NCBI GenBank assembly: GCA_964537735.1 | Contig: CAZICL010000003.1 | Span: 61,195-125,194 of the forward strand | Direction: 5' to 3' | Source of the DNA: an uncultured Rhizobium sp. | GTDB lineage: Bacteria; Pseudomonadota; Alphaproteobacteria; Rickettsiales; UBA1997 | DNA: 64,000 nt | Shown here: positions 1 through 10,529 of the stretch, one piece after another | Numbering within the stretch: position 1 is the first letter of the stretch | Layout: each line of letters begins with the position of its first letter | Notes under the pieces: generated by a model | What the model was told of the DNA's origin: nothing | The model's input: the letters and a program-made list of their open reading frames with translations, nothing else | Databases searched by the model: none | Translations under genes and position numbers: made by a program

Positions 1-1032
1 GATCGTTTTATCCATTTCGCAGTTGCTGCTGCTGATGAAGCAATTTCTGATTCTGGCTGGAAGGCTGAAACTGAAGAAGAAAAATATCGCACCGGAGTTA
101 TGATTGGATCTGGTATTGGCGGACTTCCAGCAATTGAAAGAACTGCTCATGGTATTAAAGAAAGAGGAATAAAAAAAGTTACTCCTTTCTTTATTCCGGC
201 AAGCTTAATCAATCTTGCCTCCGGTCAAGTTTCAATAAAACATGGTTATATGGGTCCAAATCACGCAGTTGTTACTGCGTGCGCTACTGGATCACATGCC
301 ATTGGAGACTCTGCCCGCATGATTGAATATGGTGATGTTGATGTCATGATTGCCGGTGGTGCTGAAGCAACAATTTGCGAAACTGGTGTTGGTGGTTTTG
401 CTGCCCTTCGTGCTCTTTCTACAAACTTCAATGATAATCCAACTGCCGGTTCAAGACCTTGGGATAAAGATCGCGATGGTTTTGTTATGGGTGAAGGTGC
501 TGGTGTTGTTGTGCTTGAAGAATATGAGCATGCCAAAAAACGCGGCGCTAAAATTTATGCCGAAGTTGTGGGTTACGGTCTTTCTGGTGATGCTTATCAC
601 ATCACTGCTCCTGAAAGCACCGGGCGTGGCTCAACTTATGCTATGCAACTGGCTTTAAAACATTCTGGTCTGAACAATGATCAAATTGACTATATCAATG
701 CCCACGGCACCTCAACTCCTTTGGGCGATGAAATTGAAGTCAATTCAGTGAAAAAAGTTTTTGGTGATCATGCTTATAAACTCTCCATGTCTTCTACCAA
801 ATCTGCCATTGGTCACTTGCTTGGTGCTGCTGGTGCAGTTGAAGCAATTTTCTCTGTTTTAGCAATTCGTGATAATATTGCTCCACCAACTTTGAATCTC
901 GACAATCCATCAGAAGGTTGTGACATCGATTTGGTTGCAAAAACTGCTAAACAAAAAAAGATCGATGTTGTGATGTCGAATTCTTTTGGCTTCGGTGGAA
1001 CCAATGCATGTCTCATTCTTAAGAGAATATAA
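1..1032 (+). CDS. fabF: 3-oxoacyl-[ACP] synthase II (KAS II), 5' end outside window
   Basis: Frame 1 is open from nt 1 (DRFIHFAVAAADEAI...), so the ATG at 100 is internal. KAS motifs present: ACATGSHAIGD (active-site Cys), NAHGTSTPLGD, KSAIGHLLGAAG, NSFGFGGTNA. Confidence 0.95.
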   Translation, partial: DRFIHFAVAAADEAISDSGWKAETEEEKYRTGVMIGSGIGGLPAIERTAHGIKERGIKKVTPFFIPASLINLASGQVSIKHGYMGPNHAVVTACATGSHAIGDSARMIEYGDVDVMIAGGAEATICETGVGGFAALRALSTNFNDNPTAGSRPWDKDRDGFVMGEGAGVVVLEEYEHAKKRGAKIYAEVVGYGLSGDAYHITAPESTGRGSTYAMQLALKHSGLNNDQIDYINAHGTSTPLGDEIEVNSVKKVFGDHAYKLSMSSTKSAIGHLLGAAGAVEAIFSVLAIRDNIAPPTLNLDNPSEGCDIDLVAKTAKQKKIDVVMSNSFGFGGTNACLILKRI

Positions 1033-1045
1033 AACCCAACAATAA

Positions 1046-2086
1046 ATGCGTAAAAAAATTTTCGCTAATATTTGCGCCGGATTTTCAGTCTTGGTGTTTT
1101 TATATTTAGTGGTCATTGTTAGCATCATCATGTACTTCAATGCGCCAAATAGCTATCATCGTGAAGATAAAAAATTCATTATTGAAAGCGGCCTGACATT
1201 TCGTCAAGTTGTACAAAAGCTGAATAAAGAAAATATCATTAAAAATCCTGAAGCTTTTTTATATCTATCACAACTGATCAAGGGCGTTGATCCAAAAGTG
1301 CGCTATGGCGAATATTTTTTCGAAAGAAATACTTCTTGCTATAAAATTCTACACAAGATGGTGCGCGGCAATATTTTCTTCCGTAAAGTTACTGCCGCAG
1401 AAGGTTTAACTTCTAACAGCATTTTAAAAATCATAGATAACTCTCCTGGGTTGATCGGACAACTTCCAGAAAAAGTCAAAGAAGGATCCTTATTACCGGA
1501 AACTTATTTTTATTCTTACAATGACACCAAAGCCAGCATCGTGAAAAGAATGCAGGACTCTATGGACAAGCATTTAAATGAATTGTGGGAAAAACGCGAT
1601 CTATCAACCCCTCTTAAAACAAAAGAACAGGCTTTAATTTTGGCTTCAATTGTTGAAAAAGAGACTGGCATTGCTTCAGAGCGACCATTAGTTGCATCAG
1701 TTTTTACTAACCGCTTAAAAAAAGGCATGAAGCTACAATCTGATCCCACCATTATTTATTCTTTCAGCATGGGCAATAAAAGCTTGGAACGCCCAATTCG
1801 ATTAAGTGACATTCGCAACAATTCTATTTACAACACTTACAATGTTTATGGCCTGCCTCCAACTCCAATTTGCAATCCGGGAATTGCCTCAATCAAAGCT
1901 GTGTTAAATCCACCGCAAACTGATTATTTATATTTCGTTGCCAGCGGCAGAAACGCGCATCATTTTTCTAAAAATATTAGTGAACATAATGAATATGTAG
2001 CACGTTACCGTAATTCAATAGCCCCTAAGCCTGCCGTTACGATAAATAATTCTACAGAACCAGCAGCAATTCCAACTGCACAATAA
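1046..2086 (+). CDS. mltG: endolytic murein transglycosylase MltG/YceG
   Basis: N-terminal membrane anchor (FSVLVFLYLVVIVSIIMYF). YceG-type motifs LILASIVEKE, VFTNRLKKGMKLQSDPT, YNTYNVYGLPPTPICNPG. The fabF-mltG adjacency is common. Confidence 0.9.
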   Translation: MRKKIFANICAGFSVLVFLYLVVIVSIIMYFNAPNSYHREDKKFIIESGLTFRQVVQKLNKENIIKNPEAFLYLSQLIKGVDPKVRYGEYFFERNTSCYKILHKMVRGNIFFRKVTAAEGLTSNSILKIIDNSPGLIGQLPEKVKEGSLLPETYFYSYNDTKASIVKRMQDSMDKHLNELWEKRDLSTPLKTKEQALILASIVEKETGIASERPLVASVFTNRLKKGMKLQSDPTIIYSFSMGNKSLERPIRLSDIRNNSIYNTYNVYGLPPTPICNPGIASIKAVLNPPQTDYLYFVASGRNAHHFSKNISEHNEYVARYRNSIAPKPAVTINNSTEPAAIPTAQ

Positions 2087-2098
2087 TGTTTCGCTATT

Positions 2099-5000
2099 GT
2101 GACCGACAATCTTGCGCAAACCATCAAACTTCAGCAATTTGCTTCCGATCCCAATAATTCGTGTTGGGTATTCGCCTCTGCCGGTTCTGGCAAAACCAAA
2201 GTTTTAACTGACCGAGTTTTAAGATTACTTTTAAGCGGCGTCACTCCCGATAAAATTCTTTGTCTCACTTTTACAAAAGTTGCCGCCACTGAAATGCAAA
2301 ATCGCATAAATAGTGAGCTGGCAAAATGGGTTATACTTAGTGACGGTGAACTTGAGCAAAAATTATTCAACTTAAGCGGCTTTAAACCAACAAATAACGA
2401 TCTCAAAAAAGCTCGTATTTTATTTTGTCAAACCATTGATTTTGAAAGCAAAATCAAAATTCAAACCATCCATTCTTTTTGCCAAGGGCTGGTAAAAATC
2501 TTTCCCTTTGAAGCAAAAATTAACCCTAATTTTGAAATTTTAGAGACCGCACAAGAAAAATTACTGCTGCAGAAATCTCAAAAAGAAGTCTTAAAAAATT
2601 GTTTCCAAAATCCTCAATTAAAAAATCTGGTTACAAAAATTAATGCCAAACTTCACGAAGAAAGTTTTTCTGAATTGATTGCGGATCTGCTTAATAAAAA
2701 AGAGCAATTGGCAATTTTAAAAGAAAATCTTTACGGAATTAACGGTATTATTGATGAAATTTTCAAAACATTTGTCGTTGATAAAAATCAAAATGAAGAA
2801 GAATTCGCTGCTAATTTTTTTACCAAAATTAACTTTCCACAACTATCCCAATTAGCTTCTGACCTTGAGCAAAGCGATTCATCAAAAAACCTGGAAAGTG
2901 CCAATAAAATTAGAAAATTTTTACAAAACCCTTCAGCAAAAACTTTTGATTTTTACCGCTCGGCTTTCTTTACCAACGAAAATGAACCGAGAAAATTCTA
3001 CAAAAAAATTGCCGCTAATACTGATTTTATTAAAGCTGTCGCCGATCAACTAACCTTAATTAGTGATTTTTCTGACTACATAAATTCTCTCAGAATCTGC
3101 ACTTCCACTTCCCTGCTCTTAAAATTTGTTGATGCTATTTTAGAAAATTACGCTCATTTAAAATCACAAAATGGCTTTCTAGATTATAACGATCTAATCG
3201 TTGAGACCAATCGTTTATTGGCTAATCCCAATTTTTCCGATTGGGTAAAGATGAAAATGGACGGACTATTTGACCATATTTTGATCGATGAATCACAAGA
3301 CACCAACCATCAACAATGGAACATTATCAAGGCTTTGACTGAAGATTTTTTTTCAGGAATTAGCTCCGCCAATAAAAATCGTACAATTTTTATTGTTGGT
3401 GATGAGAAGCAGTCAATTTATTCATTTCAAGGTGCTGACGCCAATATTAGTGAGGAAATTTTTTCTTATTTTTTCACAAAATTAAATGGTAATCCCATTC
3501 ACTTAAACAGAATTAATCTGGATAATTCCTTTCGCTCATTACCCATAATTTTAGAGGCAGTTGACAGCACTTTTGCTGGTGCCAAAGAAAAAGATGCAAT
3601 CAGCAGAATCAGTAACTTCCAAGGTCACAAAGCCATAAGACAAGGTCGCGGATTGGTTGAAATATGGCCACAAATCGCCACTAAGAAAATCAAAAAACCA
3701 GAGAGCAAAGATTTAAATTACGCATGGCAATTTGATTTTGTGCCGCAGCAAAACTATTCCGAAAAAGAATTTTTAGCCGAGAATATCGCCTTAAAAATTA
3801 AACAATTTATTGACGGTGGGGAAAATTTAGATGGTCGTCCAAATCCTGTAAAATACAGTGATTTCATGATTTTATTACGTCGCCGCACTGATGGTTTTGA
3901 CAAAATTTTGGGACAATTTTTTCACAAACATAATATTCCCTTTAACAGCCCAAGCAAAATTTCTTTTGCCGATAATTTAGTAATCCAAGATCTGCTTGCT
4001 GCAGCCAAATTTGCACTTGCCGATTATGACGATTTAAATCTGGCGGCACTTCTAAAATCTCCCATTTTTGCGGTAAGTGAAGAAGAACTTTTTGAAATAT
4101 TGGCTTTTAGAAATAGCCATAAACTCACCGTTTATGAGGCTTTACAACAATTAAAAAAGTTTTCACAACAGATAGATCTACTAAAAAAACTTAAAGAAAA
4201 CTCACAAATTCTTAACTGTTTTGAGTTTTTCAATTTTTTGCTGAGCGGTGGCAGAAGACAAAAAATTATCAATCATTTTGGCGCTGATAGCTCGGAAATA
4301 TTGGATAAATTTAGTTTAAAACTTTTCGATTTTTGCGAAACATTATCGCCAAATTTACAAAAATTTCTCGACTTCACCAATAAGCTCAACCCAGAAATAT
4401 CACTTGCCGGCGAAAATGATAATCGCGTTTTAATTACTACAATCCATTCAGCAAAAGGACTGCAAGCGCCGATTGTCATACTTCCAGATTGTTGCTTTGA
4501 CAGCAATAAATTGCGCAGTACTAAAGAAAAAATTTCCTGGATTAATGATCTTCCAATATGGTGTGCTGTGAAAGAAGATGAAAACCAGCTATTACGCAAA
4601 GTACGCGAATTAAAGAGAAACCAGGCTAAAGAGGAATATTTACGCCTGCTTTATGTGGCAATGACTCGAGCTGAGGATGTGCTTTATATTGCTGGCAGCG
4701 GCAATAGCTATGATGAGGAATGTTGGTATAATTTAATCAAAAAATCATTAGCCGACAAATGTCACAAAAGCCGGTTTTTGAATAAAACAACTGCGCCGAT
4801 TGCTGCTGATAAATTTGAAATCACCGATGAAATTTTGGTAATGGGAGAAAAAAATTGGCTACCTATGGCTGAAGATTCTTCAATAATTTCTGGTGCCCAA
4901 GATGTTTCTACTGATGTAAAATCTTCTGATACGACATTTCCCACAGCAGATTCTTCTCAGGCAATTTCGCAATTAAATACAACTCAGGAAGCATTATCTA

Positions 5001-5542
5001 AAGCTGATTCTTCTAAATCATTTGTTCTTTCTTCTCAGGTAATTACTAAAGAAATTGAAGCAATCCCTATCTCAAATTATTCCCTATCCAATAACGGACA
5101 AATAAAAGGTAAATTGCTTCATAAAATTCTGGAAATTTTTGGTAAAAATTCAGCTGCGGATAAGAGATGGCTGCAGCAGATTGCTCACAAGATCATCAAT
5201 CGCGAAGAGTTTTTAAATATAAAAGAGAAAAATCAAATCAGCTCTGAGATATCTGGTTTTCTTGATTCAACACAGTTTGAACAAATTTTTTCTGGCACCA
5301 TCAAGTGCGAATGCGAAATTGCCGGCGATTACAATCTTAAACGTATTGACCTTTTGATCGAGAAAGAAAACGAAGTTTTAATTATTGATTATAAATCAGA
5401 TGAAGTTTTACCACCAAACGTCCCACATCATTATCTGGCGCAACTACAAAATTACCAACAGCTTGTAAGTAAAATCTATCCTCACAAAAGAATCTCCACG
5501 GCAATTTTTTGGATAAAATTTTTACAGCTGGATTTTTGCTAA
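2099..5542 (+). CDS. addA: double-strand break repair helicase-nuclease AddA (UvrD-like helicase plus C-terminal PD-(D/E)XK nuclease)
   Basis: GTG start. Walker A ASAGSGKTKVLT, helicase motifs LIDESQDTN, VGDEKQSIYSFQGA, NSFRS, TIHSAKGLQAP, LLYVAMTRA. C-terminal nuclease-like RIDLLIEK...LIIDYKSD. Confidence 0.85.
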   Translation: MTDNLAQTIKLQQFASDPNNSCWVFASAGSGKTKVLTDRVLRLLLSGVTPDKILCLTFTKVAATEMQNRINSELAKWVILSDGELEQKLFNLSGFKPTNNDLKKARILFCQTIDFESKIKIQTIHSFCQGLVKIFPFEAKINPNFEILETAQEKLLLQKSQKEVLKNCFQNPQLKNLVTKINAKLHEESFSELIADLLNKKEQLAILKENLYGINGIIDEIFKTFVVDKNQNEEEFAANFFTKINFPQLSQLASDLEQSDSSKNLESANKIRKFLQNPSAKTFDFYRSAFFTNENEPRKFYKKIAANTDFIKAVADQLTLISDFSDYINSLRICTSTSLLLKFVDAILENYAHLKSQNGFLDYNDLIVETNRLLANPNFSDWVKMKMDGLFDHILIDESQDTNHQQWNIIKALTEDFFSGISSANKNRTIFIVGDEKQSIYSFQGADANISEEIFSYFFTKLNGNPIHLNRINLDNSFRSLPIILEAVDSTFAGAKEKDAISRISNFQGHKAIRQGRGLVEIWPQIATKKIKKPESKDLNYAWQFDFVPQQNYSEKEFLAENIALKIKQFIDGGENLDGRPNPVKYSDFMILLRRRTDGFDKILGQFFHKHNIPFNSPSKISFADNLVIQDLLAAAKFALADYDDLNLAALLKSPIFAVSEEELFEILAFRNSHKLTVYEALQQLKKFSQQIDLLKKLKENSQILNCFEFFNFLLSGGRRQKIINHFGADSSEILDKFSLKLFDFCETLSPNLQKFLDFTNKLNPEISLAGENDNRVLITTIHSAKGLQAPIVILPDCCFDSNKLRSTKEKISWINDLPIWCAVKEDENQLLRKVRELKRNQAKEEYLRLLYVAMTRAEDVLYIAGSGNSYDEECWYNLIKKSLADKCHKSRFLNKTTAPIAADKFEITDEILVMGEKNWLPMAEDSSIISGAQDVSTDVKSSDTTFPTADSSQAISQLNTTQEALSKADSSKSFVLSSQVITKEIEAIPISNYSLSNNGQIKGKLLHKILEIFGKNSAADKRWLQQIAHKIINREEFLNIKEKNQISSEISGFLDSTQFEQIFSGTIKCECEIAGDYNLKRIDLLIEKENEVLIIDYKSDEVLPPNVPHHYLAQLQNYQQLVSKIYPHKRISTAIFWIKFLQLDFC

Positions 5543-5561
5543 GGAATGCCGGAACTGCGAT

Positions 5562-6833
5562 TTAATACTCTAAAACTTGTTCTAAGCGCAACATTTCATC
5601 AAAAGTTGGGCGACGTCTAATGACGCTAAATTTATCGCCATCAACCAAAACTTCCGGAATCATCGGGCGACAATTATATTCATTGGACATTGAAGAGCCG
5701 TAAGCTCCGGCTGAACAGAACACTAATAAATCATCTGACCTGAGATCGATCAATTCACGACTTTGAGCCAAAATATCGGTGCTTTCGCAAACTGGTCCGG
5801 CTAAGTCATAAATAACTTTTGTACCGATTTTTTTATGCACCGGAAAAACTTCATGATAAGAACCATAAAGCCCCGGACGCATCAAGTCATTCATCGCTGC
5901 ATCAATGATAGCAAAATTTTTGACACCGCTTTCTTTCAGCAAAATGATTTTAGTAACTAACAATCCGGCATTTCCAACCATTGATCGACCAGGTGCGATG
6001 GTAATTTTTACATTTAGATCTTGGGTCATTTCTTTAATCAAAGCCGCATATTCATTAAACAGCAGCGTATTTTCATTTTTGTATAAAATACCAATTCCAC
6101 CGCCAAAATCGAGAGCGGAAATTTTGTGACCTTGACCGCGCAGCGTTAAACATAGTTCGCGCAATTTTCTGAATGCCAATTTAAAAGGATCAATTGTAGT
6201 AATTTGCGATCCGATATGCATGGCAATACCGTAAACTTCAAGTCCGGGAAGTTTTGCTGCTCGGGCATAAATTTCTTCAGCCATCTCAATATCCACGCCA
6301 AATTTATCGCCTTTACGACCGGTTGAAATTTTATCGTGAGTTTTTGCATCAACGTTGGGATTAACCCGTAAACTGAATTTAGCCTTTTTATGCATTGAAC
6401 AAGCTACTTCATTAAGCAAAAACATCTCAGCAATTGACTCAACAGAAAATTCTTCAACACCTTTTTCTAAAGCAAATTTTATTTCTTCGCGGGTTTTACC
6501 AACACCAGCAAAAACAATTTTTTGCGCATCAATTCCGGCTTTTACAGCACGAAAAACTTCACCAGCAGAAACTGCATCGATTCCAGATCCAAGCTGCGCA
6601 AGAATTTTAACCAAATGTAGGTTGTAATTGGCTTTAATGGCATAACAAATTTTGTAATCAGAAATTTTGGCTGCATTGAAAGCAGTAACAAAATTTTGGA
6701 AATTCTCAATTAAAGCTTTTTTGGAATAACAATAAAATGGCGTGCCTACAGATTTAGAGATTGTTGCAATCGCGACATTTTCAACAAACAATTCATCACG
6801 ATTTTTGACGTTTTTGTAAGCGAGATATTTCAT
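5562..6833 (-). CDS. lysA: diaminopimelate decarboxylase
   Basis: PLP-Lys motif YAIKAN, HIGSQ, GGGIGI, CESTD and the typical C-terminal EY...RP pattern of group IV decarboxylases. Confidence 0.9.
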   Translation of the reverse strand: MKYLAYKNVKNRDELFVENVAIATISKSVGTPFYCYSKKALIENFQNFVTAFNAAKISDYKICYAIKANYNLHLVKILAQLGSGIDAVSAGEVFRAVKAGIDAQKIVFAGVGKTREEIKFALEKGVEEFSVESIAEMFLLNEVACSMHKKAKFSLRVNPNVDAKTHDKISTGRKGDKFGVDIEMAEEIYARAAKLPGLEVYGIAMHIGSQITTIDPFKLAFRKLRELCLTLRGQGHKISALDFGGGIGILYKNENTLLFNEYAALIKEMTQDLNVKITIAPGRSMVGNAGLLVTKIILLKESGVKNFAIIDAAMNDLMRPGLYGSYHEVFPVHKKIGTKVIYDLAGPVCESTDILAQSRELIDLRSDDLLVFCSAGAYGSSMSNEYNCRPMIPEVLVDGDKFSVIRRRPTFDEMLRLEQVLEY

Positions 6834-6864
6834 TGGATGGATGTTTAGTTATTAAGCTCGCCTT

Positions 6865-8517
6865 CTAACTTTCGTAGCTAGAATACATATAAGGCGTAAC
6901 TGAATCAAACTCAGCAGCACAAGAATCCACACGTTTGTAAGATGGGTTGACGCCAAGAGCACAGCGCATCTCGCGCACTTCTTTCTCAGTTAAACCACTC
7001 AATTTACTCAAACGTTTATCGGAAAAACCCATGCGTTTTAGATTAAAGAAATTTTCCGCATCTTTTGGCAAACCTTCTTTCTTAACTTTTGCCTCAACAT
7101 CCAAAGCCGCTTTGATTTGTTCCAAAAACCATTTGTCATATTTGGTGATTGCCGCCACTTCCACAACAGACATACCTTCACGCAAAGCTTGAGCAATCAA
7201 TAATAAACGGTTTGGCGCTGCAATTTTTAACTTTTCCGTAATTATTTTAATGCGTTGTTCTGGATCTTCAGAGGCGATGGCAATATCATCCATACCGCTC
7301 AAATTTGATTCCATTGAGCGTAAAGCTTTTTGGAAAGATTCGATAAATGAGCGACCAATTCCCATCACTTCACCAACTGATTTCATTGAGCTTGATAAAG
7401 CTGTTTCGCTGCTTTTGAACTTTTCAAAAGTGAAGCGCGGAATTTTAGTAATGACATAATCAATTGTTGGTTCAAACGAAGCTGGAGTGACTCCACCGGT
7501 GATGTCATTTTTAATTTCATCTAAAGTATATCCCACAGCCAGTTTCGCTGCCACTTTAGCGATCGGAAAACCTGTAGCTTTCGAAGCCAAAGCTGAAGAA
7601 CGCGAAACGCGTGGATTCATTTCGATCACTACCAAATTGCCATTTTGTGGATTTACTGCAAATTGCACATTCGATCCACCAGTTTCAACGCCAATCTCGC
7701 GTAATACAGCAATTGAAGCGTTACGCATTTGCTGATATTCTTTGTCAGTCAAAGTTAAAGCCGGCGCAACGGTAATAGAATCGCCAGTGTGAACACCCAT
7801 CGGATCAACATTTTCAATTGAGCAAATAATGATAGTATTGTCATTTTTGTCGCGCACCACTTCCATCTCATATTCTTTCCAGCCAATAATTGACTCATCA
7901 ATCAGAACTTCATTAGTTGGTGAAATTGCCAATCCATATTCCACAATATCGCGATATTCTTCTTTGGTATATGCCACACCACCACCAGCTCCGCCCATAG
8001 TAAATGACGGACGAATGATTGCCGGAAGACCAATGCTTTCTAAGGCTTTCATACCATCTTCCAACGTTTGCACAATGGCATTTCTTGGTGTTTTTAAGCC
8101 AATTTTATCCATCGCTTTTTGAAAAAGTGCACGATCTTCTGCCTTGTGAATGGCTTCAATTGAAGCACCGATAAGCTCAACACCATATTTTTCTAATACA
8201 CCATTTTTTGCCAAACCAATTGCACAATTAAGAGCTGTTTGGCCACCAACTGTTGGTAATATTGCATCTGGACGCTCTTTGGCAATAATCTTTTCAACAA
8301 TATCTGGATTGATTGGTTCAATATAAGTACGATCGGCCAGGTTTGGATCGGTCATGATCGTTGCCGGATTGGAATTAATCAAAATCACTCTGTAGCCCTC
8401 TTCTTTTAGAGCTTTACAAGCTTGCGTTCCAGAATAATCAAATTCGCAGGCTTGACCGATAACAATCGGCCCAGCCCCAATAATTAGGACGGACTTAATA
8501 TCTGTTCTTTTTGGCAT
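6865..8517 (-). CDS. carB: carbamoyl-phosphate synthase large subunit, N-terminal half only (carboxyphosphate plus oligomerisation domains)
   Basis: The canonical CarB N-terminus [33 protein letters not shown] begins at the internal ATG 8517. The upstream ORF extension to 8601 is not conserved-looking. The ORF stops after ...[24 protein letters not shown], about 550 aa, where full-length CarB continues into its second ATP-grasp half. Confidence 0.85.
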   Translation of the reverse strand: MPKRTDIKSVLIIGAGPIVIGQACEFDYSGTQACKALKEEGYRVILINSNPATIMTDPNLADRTYIEPINPDIVEKIIAKERPDAILPTVGGQTALNCAIGLAKNGVLEKYGVELIGASIEAIHKAEDRALFQKAMDKIGLKTPRNAIVQTLEDGMKALESIGLPAIIRPSFTMGGAGGGVAYTKEEYRDIVEYGLAISPTNEVLIDESIIGWKEYEMEVVRDKNDNTIIICSIENVDPMGVHTGDSITVAPALTLTDKEYQQMRNASIAVLREIGVETGGSNVQFAVNPQNGNLVVIEMNPRVSRSSALASKATGFPIAKVAAKLAVGYTLDEIKNDITGGVTPASFEPTIDYVITKIPRFTFEKFKSSETALSSSMKSVGEVMGIGRSFIESFQKALRSMESNLSGMDDIAIASEDPEQRIKIITEKLKIAAPNRLLLIAQALREGMSVVEVAAITKYDKWFLEQIKAALDVEAKVKKEGLPKDAENFFNLKRMGFSDKRLSKLSGLTEKEVREMRCALGVNPSYKRVDSCAAEFDSVTPYMYSSYES

Positions 8518-8619
8518 TGTCTTTGGAAGGAAATTATAAATGAAAACTGGCGAAAAAATTTTGTCGTCATTAAAAAGCCCGCCTTTAATTAAGTCAACCA
8601 ATCAGCCGTCAAAATTTAA

Positions 8620-9147
8620 ATGAATATTCCGCATAAAAAAACAAAGCCAAACTATCGGCGCCGCACTTTAAGCCGTCTTGTTGCAATCCAAATTTTTTAC
8701 CAATTTGAGTTTCACGAACAGAAAATTCCTCTCGAAGAAATAAAAAATAATATCATCGATAATTATGTTTTAGAGCAGGATGCCGATATTTCTTCTTACC
8801 GCAAACATATTGATTTCAACCTTTTGGATAGTTTGCTAGCCGGCATTAGTCTTGGCACAGAAACTATTGATCACGAAATTTCCGGATTTTTAAAAGATGA
8901 TTGGAATTTAAATAAGTTACCTGACGTGATGCTCTACATCTTGCGCCTTGGCGCTTTTGAACTGAAATTTATGCAGGACATTCCGGTGAAAGTTGTGCTT
9001 GGCGAATATGTTGATATTGCCGCCTCATTTTTTGAAAATAAAAAAGTTACTTTCGTCAATGCAACGCTGGAAAGCCTTGCTCGCGAATATCGCACTGATG
9101 AATTACAAAAAGCCAAAGAACAGAAGGAAAATAGCCAAAATGTCTAA
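8620..9147 (+). CDS. nusB: transcription antitermination factor NusB
   Basis: RRTLSRLVAIQIFYQFEF start and LRLGAFEL...VVLGEYVDIA core, typical of NusB. About 175 aa. Confidence 0.85.
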   Translation: MNIPHKKTKPNYRRRTLSRLVAIQIFYQFEFHEQKIPLEEIKNNIIDNYVLEQDADISSYRKHIDFNLLDSLLAGISLGTETIDHEISGFLKDDWNLNKLPDVMLYILRLGAFELKFMQDIPVKVVLGEYVDIAASFFENKKVTFVNATLESLAREYRTDELQKAKEQKENSQNV

Positions 9148-9706
9148 AAAAATTGTTATTGCCAAAATTATTTCAGCCTTTGGAATCAAAGGTGAAGTCA
9201 AGATTGTAGCTTATTGCCAAGATCCTCTGCAAATTGAAAAATACCCACTTTTTGATGCCAAAGGTGCCGCATTAAAAATCAAGATTACTAACAAAAATAA
9301 AGCAGTGGTGGGTTCTAGTGGTTCTGGCGATCCGATTTTAATTGTAAAAATCGACACCATCAAAGACCGCAATGAAGCTGAATTGGCTCGTGGTTTAGAA
9401 ATTTTTGTCAATCGCGAAGATTTAAAAGAAACTGCTGCTGATGAGTTTTATTATAGCGACTTGATCGGACTTGCCGTGCAAACTGAAGATGGCACTAAAA
9501 TCGGCAAAGTGCTCAATGTACAAGATTTTGGTGCTGGCGGCATGTTGGAAATTGCGTTTGAAGAATCATTTACGCAAAGCACTGCCGGAGGAAATTTTGA
9601 TAAAATAGAGAATTTCCCTTTTAGCGGAAAAATTTTCCCGCAAGTAAACATCCAACAAGGTTTTATACAAATTGAACTGCCGGAAATTTTTAGCGATCAA
9701 AAATAA
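9140..9706 (+). CDS. rimM: 16S rRNA processing protein RimM
   Basis: The RimM N-terminus IAKIISAFGIKGEVKI starts at ATG 9140, overlapping the nusB stop by 8 nt. PRC-barrel-like C-terminus. The ORF-track start at 8993 lies inside nusB. Confidence 0.8.
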   Translation: MSKKIVIAKIISAFGIKGEVKIVAYCQDPLQIEKYPLFDAKGAALKIKITNKNKAVVGSSGSGDPILIVKIDTIKDRNEAELARGLEIFVNREDLKETAADEFYYSDLIGLAVQTEDGTKIGKVLNVQDFGAGGMLEIAFEESFTQSTAGGNFDKIENFPFSGKIFPQVNIQQGFIQIELPEIFSDQK

Positions 9707-9708
9707 TT

Positions 9709-10185
9709 ATGAAAATTTCTATAAATAAAGCGACAGTTCTGGATTTCGATAATGTTTACGAAATTCTGATGCATCAGAATGTAAACCCTTTCATGAATTA
9801 TCCGGTTTTAGAAAAAGAGGAATTTAGAAATATCTGGGAAGATATTTTGCCGCGTCTGCATTTATGGAAAGATGGCACGGAAATTATCGGACTTGCTGTT
9901 ATAAGCAAAGGCACTTACCGCGTAAAACACATCGCTTACATCGACAAATTGGCCATCAATCAGAATCTAACCAGCAAAGGGCTGGGCACAGTTTTTTTTA
10001 GCCAAATTATTGATTCTTTGGCGCAAGAAGGAATTACCAAAATCGAATTGGGAGTTGAAGTGGATAACGATCGCGCCGTGGCTTTTTACAAAAAACTGGG
10101 CTTTGAAATTGAAGGCATCCGCAAAAATTTGCTCAATCGCGAAGGCCAATTCATCGACAATTATTTTATGGCCAAAATGCTGTAA
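9709..10185 (+). CDS. GNAT-family N-acetyltransferase
   Basis: 158 aa. Acetyl-CoA binding-type segment LAINQNLTSKGLGTVFFSQII and AVAFYKKLGFE. Confidence 0.8.
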   Translation: MKISINKATVLDFDNVYEILMHQNVNPFMNYPVLEKEEFRNIWEDILPRLHLWKDGTEIIGLAVISKGTYRVKHIAYIDKLAINQNLTSKGLGTVFFSQIIDSLAQEGITKIELGVEVDNDRAVAFYKKLGFEIEGIRKNLLNREGQFIDNYFMAKML

Positions 10186-10529
10186 ACGCCAATGCGCTCT
10201 GCCGCACAGGCAGCTTAGAAATTGAACATACACGGCATCGATCGCCGATTAATTTCTTGGTCAACGCCATATCCTGCCAGGTCGCATACCAACTTCGAAA
10301 CAACAAAGCAAAAATCAAAAACTCATACTCTTGCCAGTAATCCTTCTGCGAAAGATTATTGGAGTTCTGTGAGATAAATTATTGAGGGACTTATCCGGAA
10401 TTGGCGTTTCAAGATAATTAATTGTTGGCGGAATGTTTGAATTTTTGAGATCGATTCGATCATCAATGTAAGTAAAATCCCCAGATTATTCTCCAGATTA
10501 CCTGTCCTGATTATTTGCTGTCTCCCCAC

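Noticed and set aside
8518-8601. N-terminal extensions of several ORF-track entries: carB to 8601, rimM from 8993, pyrG from 36995, lptE from 38598, hemF to 42274, cimA from 46771.
   Set aside because: In each case the conserved family N-terminus starts at an internal ATG. The extension also overlaps the neighbouring gene or is non-conserved-looking sequence, so I used the internal starts.
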